Shown piece after piece: positions 23,657-34,306 of a stretch of 64,000 nucleotides of DNA. This DNA is from Corallochytrium limacisporum Hawaii (Eukaryota; Protista; Pluriformea): the NCBI GenBank assembly GCA_002811645.1, contig PDIP01000063.1, positions 135,431 through 199,430 on the forward strand, written 5' to 3'. The position numbers and the translations under genes were made by a program. Numbering within the stretch: position 1 is the first letter of the stretch; each line of letters opens with the position of its first letter. The notes under the pieces were generated by a model. The model was not told the DNA's origin. It saw only the letters and a list, made by a program, of their open reading frames with translations, and made no database searches.

Positions 23657-24565
23657 CTAGCTCCGCAATAGCCCTGCCTTGTCGGGATCCCGAGCCAGGA
23701 ACAGGCAACGGGCCCGTACATCAGACTTGCCGTAGATTTCGATGAGATCTCTGATGTCCCTGACCTTCTTGGGAGCGGAGTCAATAGCGGCGACCAGGAT
23801 CTCATCATGTTCGCTCTGCCAGGGTTTCTGTCCGCGGGTCCCGACCCCATGGCCAAGGTAGTGATAAGCATCAGACAAGTCTCCAGTCATCACATACAAG
23901 GCATAAATGACGGCTGCCGGGTCTACATTTTTCGCATTAGCTGTGTTCATGATGGATTCGACACCGACACGGATTGTGTTATGGCCGTCTGAGCCAGTTG
24001 GCAAGTTAATGGCTTTGGCGAGGGCACTTCGCTCGCCACCGTGTACCTTGGCCATACGTGCAAGCTCTTCAGCGTCTTCACTCTGTACCTTTGCTACAGT
24101 CTCACCTCCAGCAGGCGGCAGCGACAGTCTTGAACGCTTGGGCTGGTTATCCTTTTCGAGGATGCTCATGCGCTTCTTGCTAGGGGTGTTGACGATGGGT
24201 CCCTCGTCTTGCGCAGATGTCTGATCTTCTTCATCCTCATCTACTTCTTCGATCTCCTTTCGAAGACTATACTTCTTAGCCCTATTGTTCGGTTTCATTA
24301 GTTCATATGCACGACGCGATGGCCGCTTCTTCTTCTTGATTGCGTCGTAAATGTACTCAAATGCAACAGCACCAGTCTCTACCTTTGCCTCATTCCGATG
24401 AGCAAGCTCGATCACATTATTCCCATGGTCTTTGACAAGCTTGCCACCATGAACCTGAAGCAATTCCTTGATCTTACTACGTTCTGCTCTCTGTTTCTCT
24501 GGTTCAGCACGTAGTGGCACCCGGAACGCCATTGGCTGACCGTTTATCATGAAAAGTGTATCCAT
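23657..24565 (-). CDS. RAP1: Telomeric RAP1 / TERF2IP homolog (BRCT + RCT domains, no Myb)
   Basis: Likely start ATG 24565 (MDTLFMINGQPMAF, purine at -3). The N-terminus resembles the RAP1 BRCT (LF...MxF...LLQVHGG...YIYDAI...AYEL). The C-terminus resembles the RCT (VIYALYVMTGDL..A..YL...WQSEHDEIL...LIEIYGKSDVRARCLFL). Confidence 0.8.
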   Translation of the reverse strand: MDTLFMINGQPMAFRVPLRAEPEKQRAERSKIKELLQVHGGKLVKDHGNNVIELAHRNEAKVETGAVAFEYIYDAIKKKKRPSRRAYELMKPNNRAKKYSLRKEIEEVDEDEEDQTSAQDEGPIVNTPSKKRMSILEKDNQPKRSRLSLPPAGGETVAKVQSEDAEELARMAKVHGGERSALAKAINLPTGSDGHNTIRVGVESIMNTANAKNVDPAAVIYALYVMTGDLSDAYHYLGHGVGTRGQKPWQSEHDEILVAAIDSAPKKVRDIRDLIEIYGKSDVRARCLFLARDPDKAGLLRS

Positions 24566-25260
24566 TGTGAGCAATTTGGTATTGAGAACTGCTGATCCTG
24601 TACGTACCAATCCTGCATACAATGTCGAAAAGTAAGAGGACAGAACCCTGATCGAATGGCACCAGCCCATTGCACTTAAATATGTTCCTCCTCGACGCCT
24701 GGCCAGCTCGTCGCCACATACACAAACCACGTACTTTACGAGGCCAAGGATGAAACTTAGCACCCAAAAAAGGGCGCGAAGGAGGGGGAGGGGGGATGAT
24801 ATCGGAAACCACGCAGGGGCAGACGCACTCCCGCTCGCTCTCAACTTGTTTCCAAACGAGAGGGTCGCAGTTTGAAAGTGGCGGGAAGTATTTGAGGGCG
24901 ACGGGAAGAAATCGAAGAGAGAGAGAACCTATGCGCAGATCCGTTTGGCTGTGTGTGTCTCCGCGCACACAGATGGACGGGTGTGAGGTGGGTTCCTGAT
25001 GCTTTAGGTGTTCGCCCTCCCCTATGAAACGGTGAGGTTTTCAGGTGGGACTACTTGAGGTTCACGGTATCAGGGAAACTTAGGCGGGATTACCTGTACC
25101 AGATACGGTGCGTAAAGGCGTGGTCATGTACATAGATACCTCAGTCATACAAGGGATAGGTGAAAATTAGGAACTAGATACACGATGAAATCAACGTAAT
25201 GTAGCATTAAGGTCAAGCAAGACTTGAGCAGTATTCGCCCGCAAATACAGACATTGAAAT

Positions 25261-28200
25261 ATGAGAGGAATCCACTCCTATCCGCACTGCGAGCTTCTGC
25301 GGGAGTTTGGAGTCTTCCAGGGCGGCGGACGTAATGGAGTTCGGACCTATGATGCAAAAGGAAATGTTAGGGTTGCATTTGATCTCGACTTACGGTCGTA
25401 TATCTTGGATATTAGGGGTGCCACATCCAGTACTTCGTATTTTGGCTTACCCAAGTCAAGAAGCCAATCGTTGAACGTGAAGGCCCCGCTGCTGTATATT
25501 ATTCTCACACCAGGACCAGCAGGATCAGCCCCAATGTTTGCACTCCATCTGGAGATGTATCTGGCGCGGGGTCAAAGAGTCAAGGTATCCGTTAGTAACT
25601 TGTTTCGCACTCTGCGCGTCACCCCTTCCTTTGCAGAGTTCCCGTACTCTGGCCCAATGGGAGAATGGATTTTCTTTGCCATTTCATTACCAGACCTTGT
25701 ACAGCAGTATTTCCCTGGAGGGCAGTACCAGAGCCTGCGAAGTATCCGCCTGAATTGTAATTGCCTAGTCCGCAGTATCTACACAAGTCATGTCTCATAC
25801 ACTCTGCGGAACCTGCCAAAGGAATCGTGTTTACCAGTGTCTTACCTGGATCACAACGACGTACCTATGGTCTACCTTCCAGACAGGTTGGAAATGGATC
25901 TGGAAGAAGGTGTGGAGGAGGGTCTCGTCATTGACGAAAACATAGAGAATGCTGACGACACAGCCACGGCTTCGATGTTCGATGGGCAGTCAGAGATTAG
26001 ACCACAGAACTCTCCTCGGGTGATGGCGCACTCAGTCAACAGTGCCAACCCTGCCATAGGCACCACAAGAGATGTTTCCGTTGTGTCGGCCTCTACCTTG
26101 CCGCAGGTAGGAATATCTGGGTCGCGAGAGGTCCGTCGGGCAACCAACACAGGGCACAGGCGAAGCCCATTAAAGGAACGCGTGAACAACATGGGAAACC
26201 AATCCACGCCGCTGAACAAGAACAACTCTAAACAGCAAGCAGATGTTGCCGGTAGTGTCCGCAAGCAAACATTTCAGGGGCCCAATATCCTCCGACTCTG
26301 TAACGCCTTTGGCGTCAGCCACACTAGCCGCCCGGCGGCGTCTTTGGTCATTGCTCCGGGTAACGATTCCGTGGCATATGTATCCGAGAATGTAGTTGTT
26401 ATCTCTAAAATTCATACTGACTTTCTGCGGGGTCAGGCAGGGATTCTCAAGCAGAGGTTTCTGCAGGGACATCGTGACACGGTAACGGCCTTCTGCAGCA
26501 ATTCCAGGGCGAATCTTTGGGCAACTGCGTGCGGCAATGCTTCTGTTGCCAAACGCATGGAACCGTCTTCAAAAATGGAAACAAAGGGGATGGAAACGAC
26601 AAAAATTGTGAGGGTGTCAGTATGGGACGATGTTGAGATAGGGCAGCGCAGGCTAAGCTCCTGGGTTATGGATGGTTGGCGATGTGTGACGAATCTTGAA
26701 TTTGCCTTCGACGGCACACTACTGCATATCGTAGGCCAAGATTCCCGTGGTGGCGATGCTTACGAAGTCTGGGAACTCAGCAATGTCCGGAAAAAGATTG
26801 TTTTTGCCATGGCCAAGGCCACCAGTAGCCCAAGTGGCTCAGCACTTATTGATGGGGGGTCTCTGCGCTGCCTCAAAGCATTTCCGGGAGACCGCACCCG
26901 TTCACTGAGCTGTGGAACGCACTCCATCAAACGTTGGCGCATCCGCACTGGACCCTACAACGTTCCACCAAGCCACTCGTCGTCAAGTTCGGGTGTCAAT
27001 GCTCTAGTTAAACAGTCCACTGTGCTCAACGATTTGCGCAGCTACGCAGTGAGCATACCGAAACACATGAACACTTGGAAATTTGTAGATATAGCCTTCC
27101 CTGATGTCACAGAAGAGAGCAACAAGGATAGCTCGGCCTCAGTCAACAGGACCGGTGTGCCGTCACGTGCTTTGGTGAGCTGCGAGAACGGCTGTGTGGT
27201 GGTAGTGTCACTCGCATCATTGGTTGCGGAGTTCGTAGTGCACCTTCACAACCTCGGACGGGATGGTACCGTGGTCTTCAGTCCTACCCGCACTAAATGT
27301 ACCATTAACTCCATAGCCATCCGTGGACCCTATACCATCACAGGGGCAGAAGACGGGCTACTGCGCATTTGGGACACTCAATCCTTGCTCAAAACTGTCG
27401 GACCGGATAGAAGTACCCCTGTTAACCTGGAAGGGGGTCACGAAGAGAGTCGTGTTGGGTCAGCCGAGAACAGCACCTCTGCTGAATTGCTTTTCGAGGC
27501 CGAACACGAGGCCGAGGTCAGTAGTGTACAGCCTCTACTAGCGGTGGACGTGGACAGGTCCCAAGCTGTAGACGCGAATATTGATGCTCCTGCTGTGGTC
27601 CTCACCAAGAGCGGAAATTTGGGCGTGCTAGAATTGAGTCAACCAGCGTATCTGCTGGCCATGACTTCACCTGCAGGAGTGATCCGACAGATCCTCCCGC
27701 TCCCAAAGCGGACGAAGCTGGCTGTGCTGGATGCCACTTACAAGGTGGCTCTTTGGGATATGGTGGAAAATCGACAAAGCGTAGAATTGCTACCGCCCAC
27801 GGTACACAGTTTAGACACTAGAAGAGCCGAAGTGGACCCTGTCACCGCGCTAGGTTCGGACACTGACGAATCACTCCTCTTTGTGGGCCATCGGAGTGGA
27901 CGTTTGCGCATCTTTGACATGTACACGACATCTATGCTCAATGACTTCGTCGTACGGGAGGCTACGGACCTGGACACCGCTTTTTCTTTCGCCACGGCCA
28001 TTACTTCCATCGCTGCCCATCCGCAGACCGACTGTGTCTATGTGGCCTGTGCTAATGGCAGCATTAGCCTCCACCTGGCCTCCCGCGATTACGAACAGAT
28101 TGACATGATCTACGATGCGCTGCAGGGCCAGGACCTCCATATCACAGTCCCTCATCCATCGCAGTGGCCGACGTTTATGATGGTCCCAGACAATGTTATG

Positions 28201-31200
28201 GCCAGGACAGAGCCGACCACGGGCTATTGTCCGCTACTGTACGTGAACGCAGCAGGTACTGGCATCTGTGTGTGTGATTCCTTGCGTCTGAAACTGAAAG
28301 CAGTGCTGGAATGGCAGAATACGGCCCGGATCCTTGGTTTCAAGGTCGCCAGTGCACCGGAAGGCAGTCCTCCGGCCATACTTCGATCACAGCGACTGAT
28401 GAACTACACTGGAGCCGAAGATGACGACGAAGGTTTAGAGGATGCTCGAATGACAACTGAAGGGCCAATTTTGGTGGTTCATTTGGCTGATCGTCGCTTC
28501 CATATCATTTCAATGGACCTGGATCAGCACGGCGCTGCCGGCGGTGGCCGAATCATTGCGCCCGAGACCCGCTTACTCTCCAGCATCTACGATCCGAGCC
28601 TATCCCTTCGCAGCCACTTCGATGTCTTCAACCACTGCGGGATGACCTTTATTGTTGCGACCATGACTAGCGGTGCCATCAGAGTCTGGTGGGCCGGGCG
28701 TGACGACGCCCTCCCACAGACTTTGTTCGCACACAGCCGCTCTTTTACTTCTTCTGCGCCTAGCGGCGAGCTTGTTAGTTCTCCTTGCGTGAGCATGTTT
28801 CGCGATCCAGAGACCGGAGCGACACGCTTGGTGACCGGACTGCATTCAATGTTCGTATGGCATCTCGCGGACGTGAGTACGGAAGTGGAGAAACATTTGG
28901 ATGGGGGAGACACCGATGATACCTCCCAGGTGTCAGGTCTCGACGTGACCGCGGAACGCAGCGTGCTTGGAGCTGATAAATCGGTGGCGGAGCTGGCCAC
29001 CCTGCGCGTTTTGGGCTCTGCCGAAGCCTTGCCCTCCAAGCAGCGCCAGACATACAAGGCGGTGGCCTCGGCGAGGCAGTACCATCCAGATGAGTTTAAG
29101 GCTGGCGACATTGCGGATGATGAGGGTGCGTTCCCATCGGATAGAATCGCGGTCGACCGTGACTGCATGCATGACTTGCGCGAACTGAGAAGTTTAGTGG
29201 CCGATTTACCCCTGGCGGACGAACGCTCTACGCGCTTTCGGAGCAGGGGTGAATCCAAAGTTCGCAACTCAGGAAATGCAGCCGATCGCAAACCCATCCT
29301 ACATGGTGTTGAAATGGAGAAGGACCGTGCCTGGAATGATGGCCAGGTCGCCAGTATAGGAGTGATGGTGGCCTCAGGCCAGCTGGGTAGGAACATCCGT
29401 GGCTTTCCCGCACCCATGCACTGTTGGAATCAGTCTACTGGTCTCTTTGCCTACGCCAGCGGCAGTCAGTGCGTGGTGGAGGACCTGACAAGTCGGCATC
29501 AGACCATCGTCAATGACCATACTGTACCGATCAACAATCTAGTGGCCTCCTCGTGTGGACAGTACATGGCCACTGCCTCCCCACAGACCAATCAGAGCAG
29601 CTGTCAGGTGCGGGTCTATCGCAGTGCGGATATGCGATGCTTGCACTCCTTTGTATACCACCGTAATTACGTGTCATGCATGGCCTTCAGCAATCCCATG
29701 AAGAAACAGCTGCAGAATCAGCGTCAGGGAACCGGCAGAGACGAAGACTATACTGACGATGACGAGCACTTTCGTAGTGGTGGTGATGAGCTTGACGCCG
29801 AAGTGCGCCATATCATGGCCAGGCACCGCAACAATGCCGAAAGAACGCGCCAACACCCGGCCGCTTGCATTCAACAACAGTATTTGGTCACTTTCGGTGA
29901 CCTAGAGGAGCCGCTGCTGTCCCTTTGGCGTATTTTTGAAGGCGACGATAATGAGTCAACCGAGCTGCTAGATCCTGCCATCTTGCACGTACAAAAGCAG
30001 GCAGAAGGCAGCTCTACAGGTGGACACTTGTGCTCGGTCATGCTTAAGTCTGACGACGCCATCTCCGCAGTCGCATGGCATCCTATCCGTGGCAATGACT
30101 TTGTCTCCTGCAGCAGCAAAGGAGTAACATTGTGGACCTTCAACGCACCCGACTTGCACTACCGCGAGAATCTGCAGCAAGAACCCAGGAAAGCTCTGCA
30201 TGACCCTGTGACATTGAAAAGAGTGTGGACCTTGGCGAGCCAATCTCAGTCCTTGCCCTGCCTCCCCACTTCGCTTCGCTACCTGGATCCAGCTGGTGTA
30301 TTTCTTGTCGTTGGTGGCAGCGATGGCTGTCTCCACGTTTACGACTCTCTGCTGCAAGAGCAACGAATTGGTCGCCACGATGAGGACCTACCAGACGAAG
30401 GCCAATCAGACGCCCCAGAGCCCTACACAACTGACCTAGACAACGATGTATTGATGCCTGTCAAAATCGCTACGTATTCTGTGGAGGAGAGTGCAGTGCG
30501 CATGATTCTGTGCGCCACTCTGCCGATGTGTGCGTCCGATGGCGATTCGCAGGTGACGCGTGATTCTACGCATCCTTCTTTTGCAGTGGTGACGGCTGGT
30601 GATGATACGCGCGTTCACCGCTGGCTGCTAGAAGGTATCCACTCCCTCAGGCGCTCTGTCGCAACTACACTCGGCCGGTTCGAGGCTGAGCATGGGCTGC
30701 CAGACCCAGACACATCGCTGCACCAGGTTCTGGCTCCAACCGCTTATAATGTCAGCGCCTTGTTGTCCTTTGGAGAATTGCAACTCGACGGTGCAGTGTC
30801 GCATGGAGACCAAGATGACGTATCCTTCCTATCAGTCATCGGCACTGATCGGGGCAGTCTCTGGTACGTACACTGGGAAGAGAATGAAATGGCGAGGCTA
30901 GTTAGCTCACACCAAGGGCCGATCCTCGATTGTACCGTAATGGAGACCGATGGACCGGGTGTGGGCTTTGCGGCCTCTGCCGGAGAGGATGGCACTGTAC
31001 GTCTTTGGGATCTATCCACCCTAGACCAGACCCTCATGTTTGAGGTCAAGGGTTATGCTGCCACTGCCATTGCAATCGCACCACCGGTGACTCGTGGGGC
31101 CGGTCTTCGTCAGCTTTCGGCTGGCTACAGTGATGGGTCAGTGCGGATCATTGATATGACACGCACCCAGCTCTTCGCCCGACTGCACCCGTTCCCGATT

Positions 31201-31995
31201 TTGGAATCTCCGCTGGAAGAACATTCCCTCGACCAGCGCTCCAACGCTGTTACTGCTCTTCACTATGTCGGCAACGGGCAAACACTAATTGCAGGCAGCA
31301 AGAGCGGCCATTTGGCCGTGATAAGTGCCACTTCTGGCATCACTCTCTCCCTGCTGTCTGATCACGCCGGCAGCCCCATCACTTCCCTGGCGGGCGCAAA
31401 GTACGTGCCGCCCTCAAAAAGTCTCGGTGTCAGTCGCCACAGGACTAGAGACGAGGGTGCAACGTCTGGCCTACCTCAGGATCTCTGGACTGCGGCGTCC
31501 CAGGATCGTCGTGTCAGTGTCTGGCAGCCTGTGAGCGGAGACATGGGCACTCATGAAAAGGAACACACGAATACTGAACCGTTCATTTTAAGCCATTGGT
31601 TCAGTTTCCCCGGATTGCCTAAGGACGAGGCAAGGGGCATCCCCTCTCTTGTCGCCCTGCCTGCCGATCGACCCGGGCACCTACTCTTCACTGGTTCCAC
31701 AACAGCAGTCGAAGCCACAGAGTACGCTATTGCCACCCAGCAGCGCATTCGCACCCATGAATTGACGCATCGTGCACAGTGCTGGGACTTCCATGCCGTT
31801 CCAGCCGGCGAGAGGGACTCAACAGTTGTTTTAGGAGCCACAGATCGCGCAGTGTCATCTATGAGTCTGCGCACTGGCGAACGTCGGGACTTTTTGGCAC
31901 ACTGTACCGCCGTGGCCTCGGTCTGTGTATACGACGAAGGACGGAAGGCTTTGAGTGCTGGCGCCGACGGCATTAAGGTGTGGTCTCTGACTTGA
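25261..31995 (+). CDS. WDR90: WD repeat-containing protein 90 (POC16; CFAP20/DUF667-like N-terminal domain + WD40 repeats)
   Basis: 2244 aa. N-terminus IRGATSSTSYFGLPKSRSQSLNV...LYI...FALHLE...VSVSNLFR..R.T....FP matches WDR90. Many WD repeats (ITGAEDGLLRIWD, SAGEDGTVRLWD, GYSDGSVRI, ASQDRRVSVW). Confidence 0.85.
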   Translation: MRGIHSYPHCELLREFGVFQGGGRNGVRTYDAKGNVRVAFDLDLRSYILDIRGATSSTSYFGLPKSRSQSLNVKAPLLYIILTPGPAGSAPMFALHLEMYLARGQRVKVSVSNLFRTLRVTPSFAEFPYSGPMGEWIFFAISLPDLVQQYFPGGQYQSLRSIRLNCNCLVRSIYTSHVSYTLRNLPKESCLPVSYLDHNDVPMVYLPDRLEMDLEEGVEEGLVIDENIENADDTATASMFDGQSEIRPQNSPRVMAHSVNSANPAIGTTRDVSVVSASTLPQVGISGSREVRRATNTGHRRSPLKERVNNMGNQSTPLNKNNSKQQADVAGSVRKQTFQGPNILRLCNAFGVSHTSRPAASLVIAPGNDSVAYVSENVVVISKIHTDFLRGQAGILKQRFLQGHRDTVTAFCSNSRANLWATACGNASVAKRMEPSSKMETKGMETTKIVRVSVWDDVEIGQRRLSSWVMDGWRCVTNLEFAFDGTLLHIVGQDSRGGDAYEVWELSNVRKKIVFAMAKATSSPSGSALIDGGSLRCLKAFPGDRTRSLSCGTHSIKRWRIRTGPYNVPPSHSSSSSGVNALVKQSTVLNDLRSYAVSIPKHMNTWKFVDIAFPDVTEESNKDSSASVNRTGVPSRALVSCENGCVVVVSLASLVAEFVVHLHNLGRDGTVVFSPTRTKCTINSIAIRGPYTITGAEDGLLRIWDTQSLLKTVGPDRSTPVNLEGGHEESRVGSAENSTSAELLFEAEHEAEVSSVQPLLAVDVDRSQAVDANIDAPAVVLTKSGNLGVLELSQPAYLLAMTSPAGVIRQILPLPKRTKLAVLDATYKVALWDMVENRQSVELLPPTVHSLDTRRAEVDPVTALGSDTDESLLFVGHRSGRLRIFDMYTTSMLNDFVVREATDLDTAFSFATAITSIAAHPQTDCVYVACANGSISLHLASRDYEQIDMIYDALQGQDLHITVPHPSQWPTFMMVPDNVMARTEPTTGYCPLLYVNAAGTGICVCDSLRLKLKAVLEWQNTARILGFKVASAPEGSPPAILRSQRLMNYTGAEDDDEGLEDARMTTEGPILVVHLADRRFHIISMDLDQHGAAGGGRIIAPETRLLSSIYDPSLSLRSHFDVFNHCGMTFIVATMTSGAIRVWWAGRDDALPQTLFAHSRSFTSSAPSGELVSSPCVSMFRDPETGATRLVTGLHSMFVWHLADVSTEVEKHLDGGDTDDTSQVSGLDVTAERSVLGADKSVAELATLRVLGSAEALPSKQRQTYKAVASARQYHPDEFKAGDIADDEGAFPSDRIAVDRDCMHDLRELRSLVADLPLADERSTRFRSRGESKVRNSGNAADRKPILHGVEMEKDRAWNDGQVASIGVMVASGQLGRNIRGFPAPMHCWNQSTGLFAYASGSQCVVEDLTSRHQTIVNDHTVPINNLVASSCGQYMATASPQTNQSSCQVRVYRSADMRCLHSFVYHRNYVSCMAFSNPMKKQLQNQRQGTGRDEDYTDDDEHFRSGGDELDAEVRHIMARHRNNAERTRQHPAACIQQQYLVTFGDLEEPLLSLWRIFEGDDNESTELLDPAILHVQKQAEGSSTGGHLCSVMLKSDDAISAVAWHPIRGNDFVSCSSKGVTLWTFNAPDLHYRENLQQEPRKALHDPVTLKRVWTLASQSQSLPCLPTSLRYLDPAGVFLVVGGSDGCLHVYDSLLQEQRIGRHDEDLPDEGQSDAPEPYTTDLDNDVLMPVKIATYSVEESAVRMILCATLPMCASDGDSQVTRDSTHPSFAVVTAGDDTRVHRWLLEGIHSLRRSVATTLGRFEAEHGLPDPDTSLHQVLAPTAYNVSALLSFGELQLDGAVSHGDQDDVSFLSVIGTDRGSLWYVHWEENEMARLVSSHQGPILDCTVMETDGPGVGFAASAGEDGTVRLWDLSTLDQTLMFEVKGYAATAIAIAPPVTRGAGLRQLSAGYSDGSVRIIDMTRTQLFARLHPFPILESPLEEHSLDQRSNAVTALHYVGNGQTLIAGSKSGHLAVISATSGITLSLLSDHAGSPITSLAGAKYVPPSKSLGVSRHRTRDEGATSGLPQDLWTAASQDRRVSVWQPVSGDMGTHEKEHTNTEPFILSHWFSFPGLPKDEARGIPSLVALPADRPGHLLFTGSTTAVEATEYAIATQQRIRTHELTHRAQCWDFHAVPAGERDSTVVLGATDRAVSSMSLRTGERRDFLAHCTAVASVCVYDEGRKALSAGADGIKVWSLT

Positions 31996-32180
31996 AACAA
32001 CAACTTCGCCTGCCCTCTCTCCATGATTTCTTACAACTATGAATCGGTCAAACTATAGATTAGAGCTATATTTATATGTTCACAAGAAACCACCCGGTTG
32101 CAAGTGTGCCCGAACGTTGTACGATTCTCTGTGAAAATATGGTTGGTGAAACAAGGTATCAATAGTGCCTTCCGTGACCC

Positions 32181-33239
32181 TCAGGCGGATGAGTCGATGA
32201 GCTTGATTATGTTGGATACCAGTTCCTGAGGTTTCTGCTCCTGCAAGAAATGACCCGCTCCCTTGACGGTGACCTGCTTGGCATGAGGAAATAGCTTTAC
32301 AAACTCTGGACCCAGGGCAGAAGTCATCGGATCCTTGTCGCTGAACATGACGAGAACGGGCTTTCGGTACTGCTTCTGTTTGAACCAATTCTTAGCCTTG
32401 GACGTGTACGCAAACATTTCAAAATTCTTGCTCAATGGAACCATTTCTGGCAGGCGCACGACGCCAGCCTTATGAGCCCAAGTCGGGAACGGAGCGTCAT
32501 AAGCGTACATTTCATCTGCGTCCAACGATGGCACCGCCAACTTCATCAACCGACCGACAGGCAACTGCCGGCGCAGGGTACCGGCAGTAGACCGCCAGGT
32601 AAGGAAGGCGAGAACGTTGAAGAGTGGAAGCTGCATTGGTGGCAGAGCGGTGTTCATAATGACCAGGCGGCTAATGCGGGAATCTAGTTCAGGAACAATG
32701 GAGAGACCAAAGATACCACCCCAGTCCTGCACGACAAGGGTCACGTTCTTGAGATCATTTGCCTCAAACACGTCCTTCAACACATCCATCATGAGTCTCG
32801 GGCTGTAAGACTTCTCGTCTACCAATTTGTCGCTCTTTCCAAAGCCAATCATGTCGGGAGCGATAACGCGATAGCGCTGGGCTAGACCGGGGATCATCTT
32901 GCGGTAGAGGTAACTCCACGTTGGCTCACCATGCAGAAGTACGACCGTCTCCTTCGCATTGCGGGGCCCCTCGTCCACATAGTGCACCCGCAGGCCCTGG
33001 TAGTGGATGAAGTTGGGACGAAACCGGTAGTCCTTTAGATTGAGAAAGCTCGCAGCAGGGCTGGCAATAGCGTATGGGGTGGTGTCCTCGACCAGTGAAG
33101 GTACGAGGCTCCAGCAAAACTCAAAGATCTGGCGAAGGAACCACAGGTAGCCCGCAAACAGGGCCACTACAGCGGCAATGGCTAGACGTACGTACTGTCT
33201 GACCCCGCCGCGGCGCCTCTGGACTGATGAAGAAGGCAT
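32181..33239 (-). CDS. Haloalkane dehalogenase (alpha/beta hydrolase, HLD-I type) with N-terminal signal anchor
   Basis: HYVDEGP, LLHGEPTWSYLYRKMIP, APDMIGFGKSDK, nucleophile elbow VQDWGG, AFLTW, FSDKDP and GAGHFLQE. Hydrophobic segment at about aa 19-34 after an Arg cluster. Confidence 0.88.
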   Translation of the reverse strand: MPSSSVQRRRGGVRQYVRLAIAAVVALFAGYLWFLRQIFEFCWSLVPSLVEDTTPYAIASPAASFLNLKDYRFRPNFIHYQGLRVHYVDEGPRNAKETVVLLHGEPTWSYLYRKMIPGLAQRYRVIAPDMIGFGKSDKLVDEKSYSPRLMMDVLKDVFEANDLKNVTLVVQDWGGIFGLSIVPELDSRISRLVIMNTALPPMQLPLFNVLAFLTWRSTAGTLRRQLPVGRLMKLAVPSLDADEMYAYDAPFPTWAHKAGVVRLPEMVPLSKNFEMFAYTSKAKNWFKQKQYRKPVLVMFSDKDPMTSALGPEFVKLFPHAKQVTVKGAGHFLQEQKPQELVSNIIKLIDSSA

Positions 33240-34306
33240 TGCGTGAGTGATTCGAATTGTGTGTGACTGAACCCAAAGATCAAACCTTTCGATGCCACGT
33301 TTGCTACTGTCTTTGCAACTCTGGTGCCAACATTATCTCCAAAAGTACCTAATCTGCTGACCGGTCACGTCTCACATATCTCTTGAATCCTGCGCTGACT
33401 CAGAATTCGACAACTGCACTACATATGGATTGCTGCGTCCGAGATCCTCTGACCCGCGCCCTTGCCCTACTGGGCCACTGACGTTCCAAAACTCTTGCGC
33501 AGTGCAAGAACAAACCAAACGGTGTAGGGAGGGCCCCTTGTTCCTCGCGACCACCAGCGACCCATCCCAGCGCATCTTGCGCAACTATCAGCGAACCGCG
33601 AAGCAAACCCATTGGGGGTTCATAACGGGCGTACTGAAGTTTGGACGTTTCTATTTGTGGATGGGTACTGTTTACGCGTGTGTTTGCACCGCGGTGTTCT
33701 CCCCCCTCTCCTGTCCACTACTGCGTGCTTAGTGCCTGACGGACGGTTGGGACGTCTCGGCGTGTTCAATGGCATGACAGTGGTCGCCATGTAAGTCTCT
33801 TATTCAAATTATTCCTTGTTCTTATAATTTACGTCTCAAGAAACTTTTCGATGTGGATGAAAGGCATCCGGTGATCTTTTGATTTTGACTAAAGTTTCGA
33901 ACCTTTCAGTGGAGGACATCTGCCGGTAGTGCTCTTCCAGGTTTTCTGCCCAAAACGTCATCCCGGCCAATTGTCATCAGCAATGGGGAGGAAGTAAACA
34001 GTTGGTTCTCCCACTTCCCACACCCACAATCGCTGGGAACCCGCACCCCTCTCTCCACAAAAACAAATGGAATGTATTAGTCATACGTTTACTACCGTGG
34101 TGTGCAATCCTACCACAGATCAATGGAAATATCATACAGGGGTTGGTCAATGTATATTATGCGTGAGGTTGGAGGGTCCAGGGACCAAGTGATTTTGTGG
34201 CAGTGCGTTGGGAGATGGGTGCACACCCCGGCCGATCTGCATAGAATCTGATGCCGCGGCTGGATATGATGCCGTGCGTCGGTTCCCTGAAGAGGCCACG
34301 ATCGAC

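Noticed and set aside
24566-24844. 93-aa N-terminal extension of the RAP1 ORF in the track
   Set aside because: It begins at TTG and resembles UTR/promoter sequence; homology starts at MDTLF.
33885-33910. GGTTCGAAAC B-box / tRNA T-loop-like sequence on the minus strand
   Set aside because: No D-arm, anticodon arm or acceptor stem.
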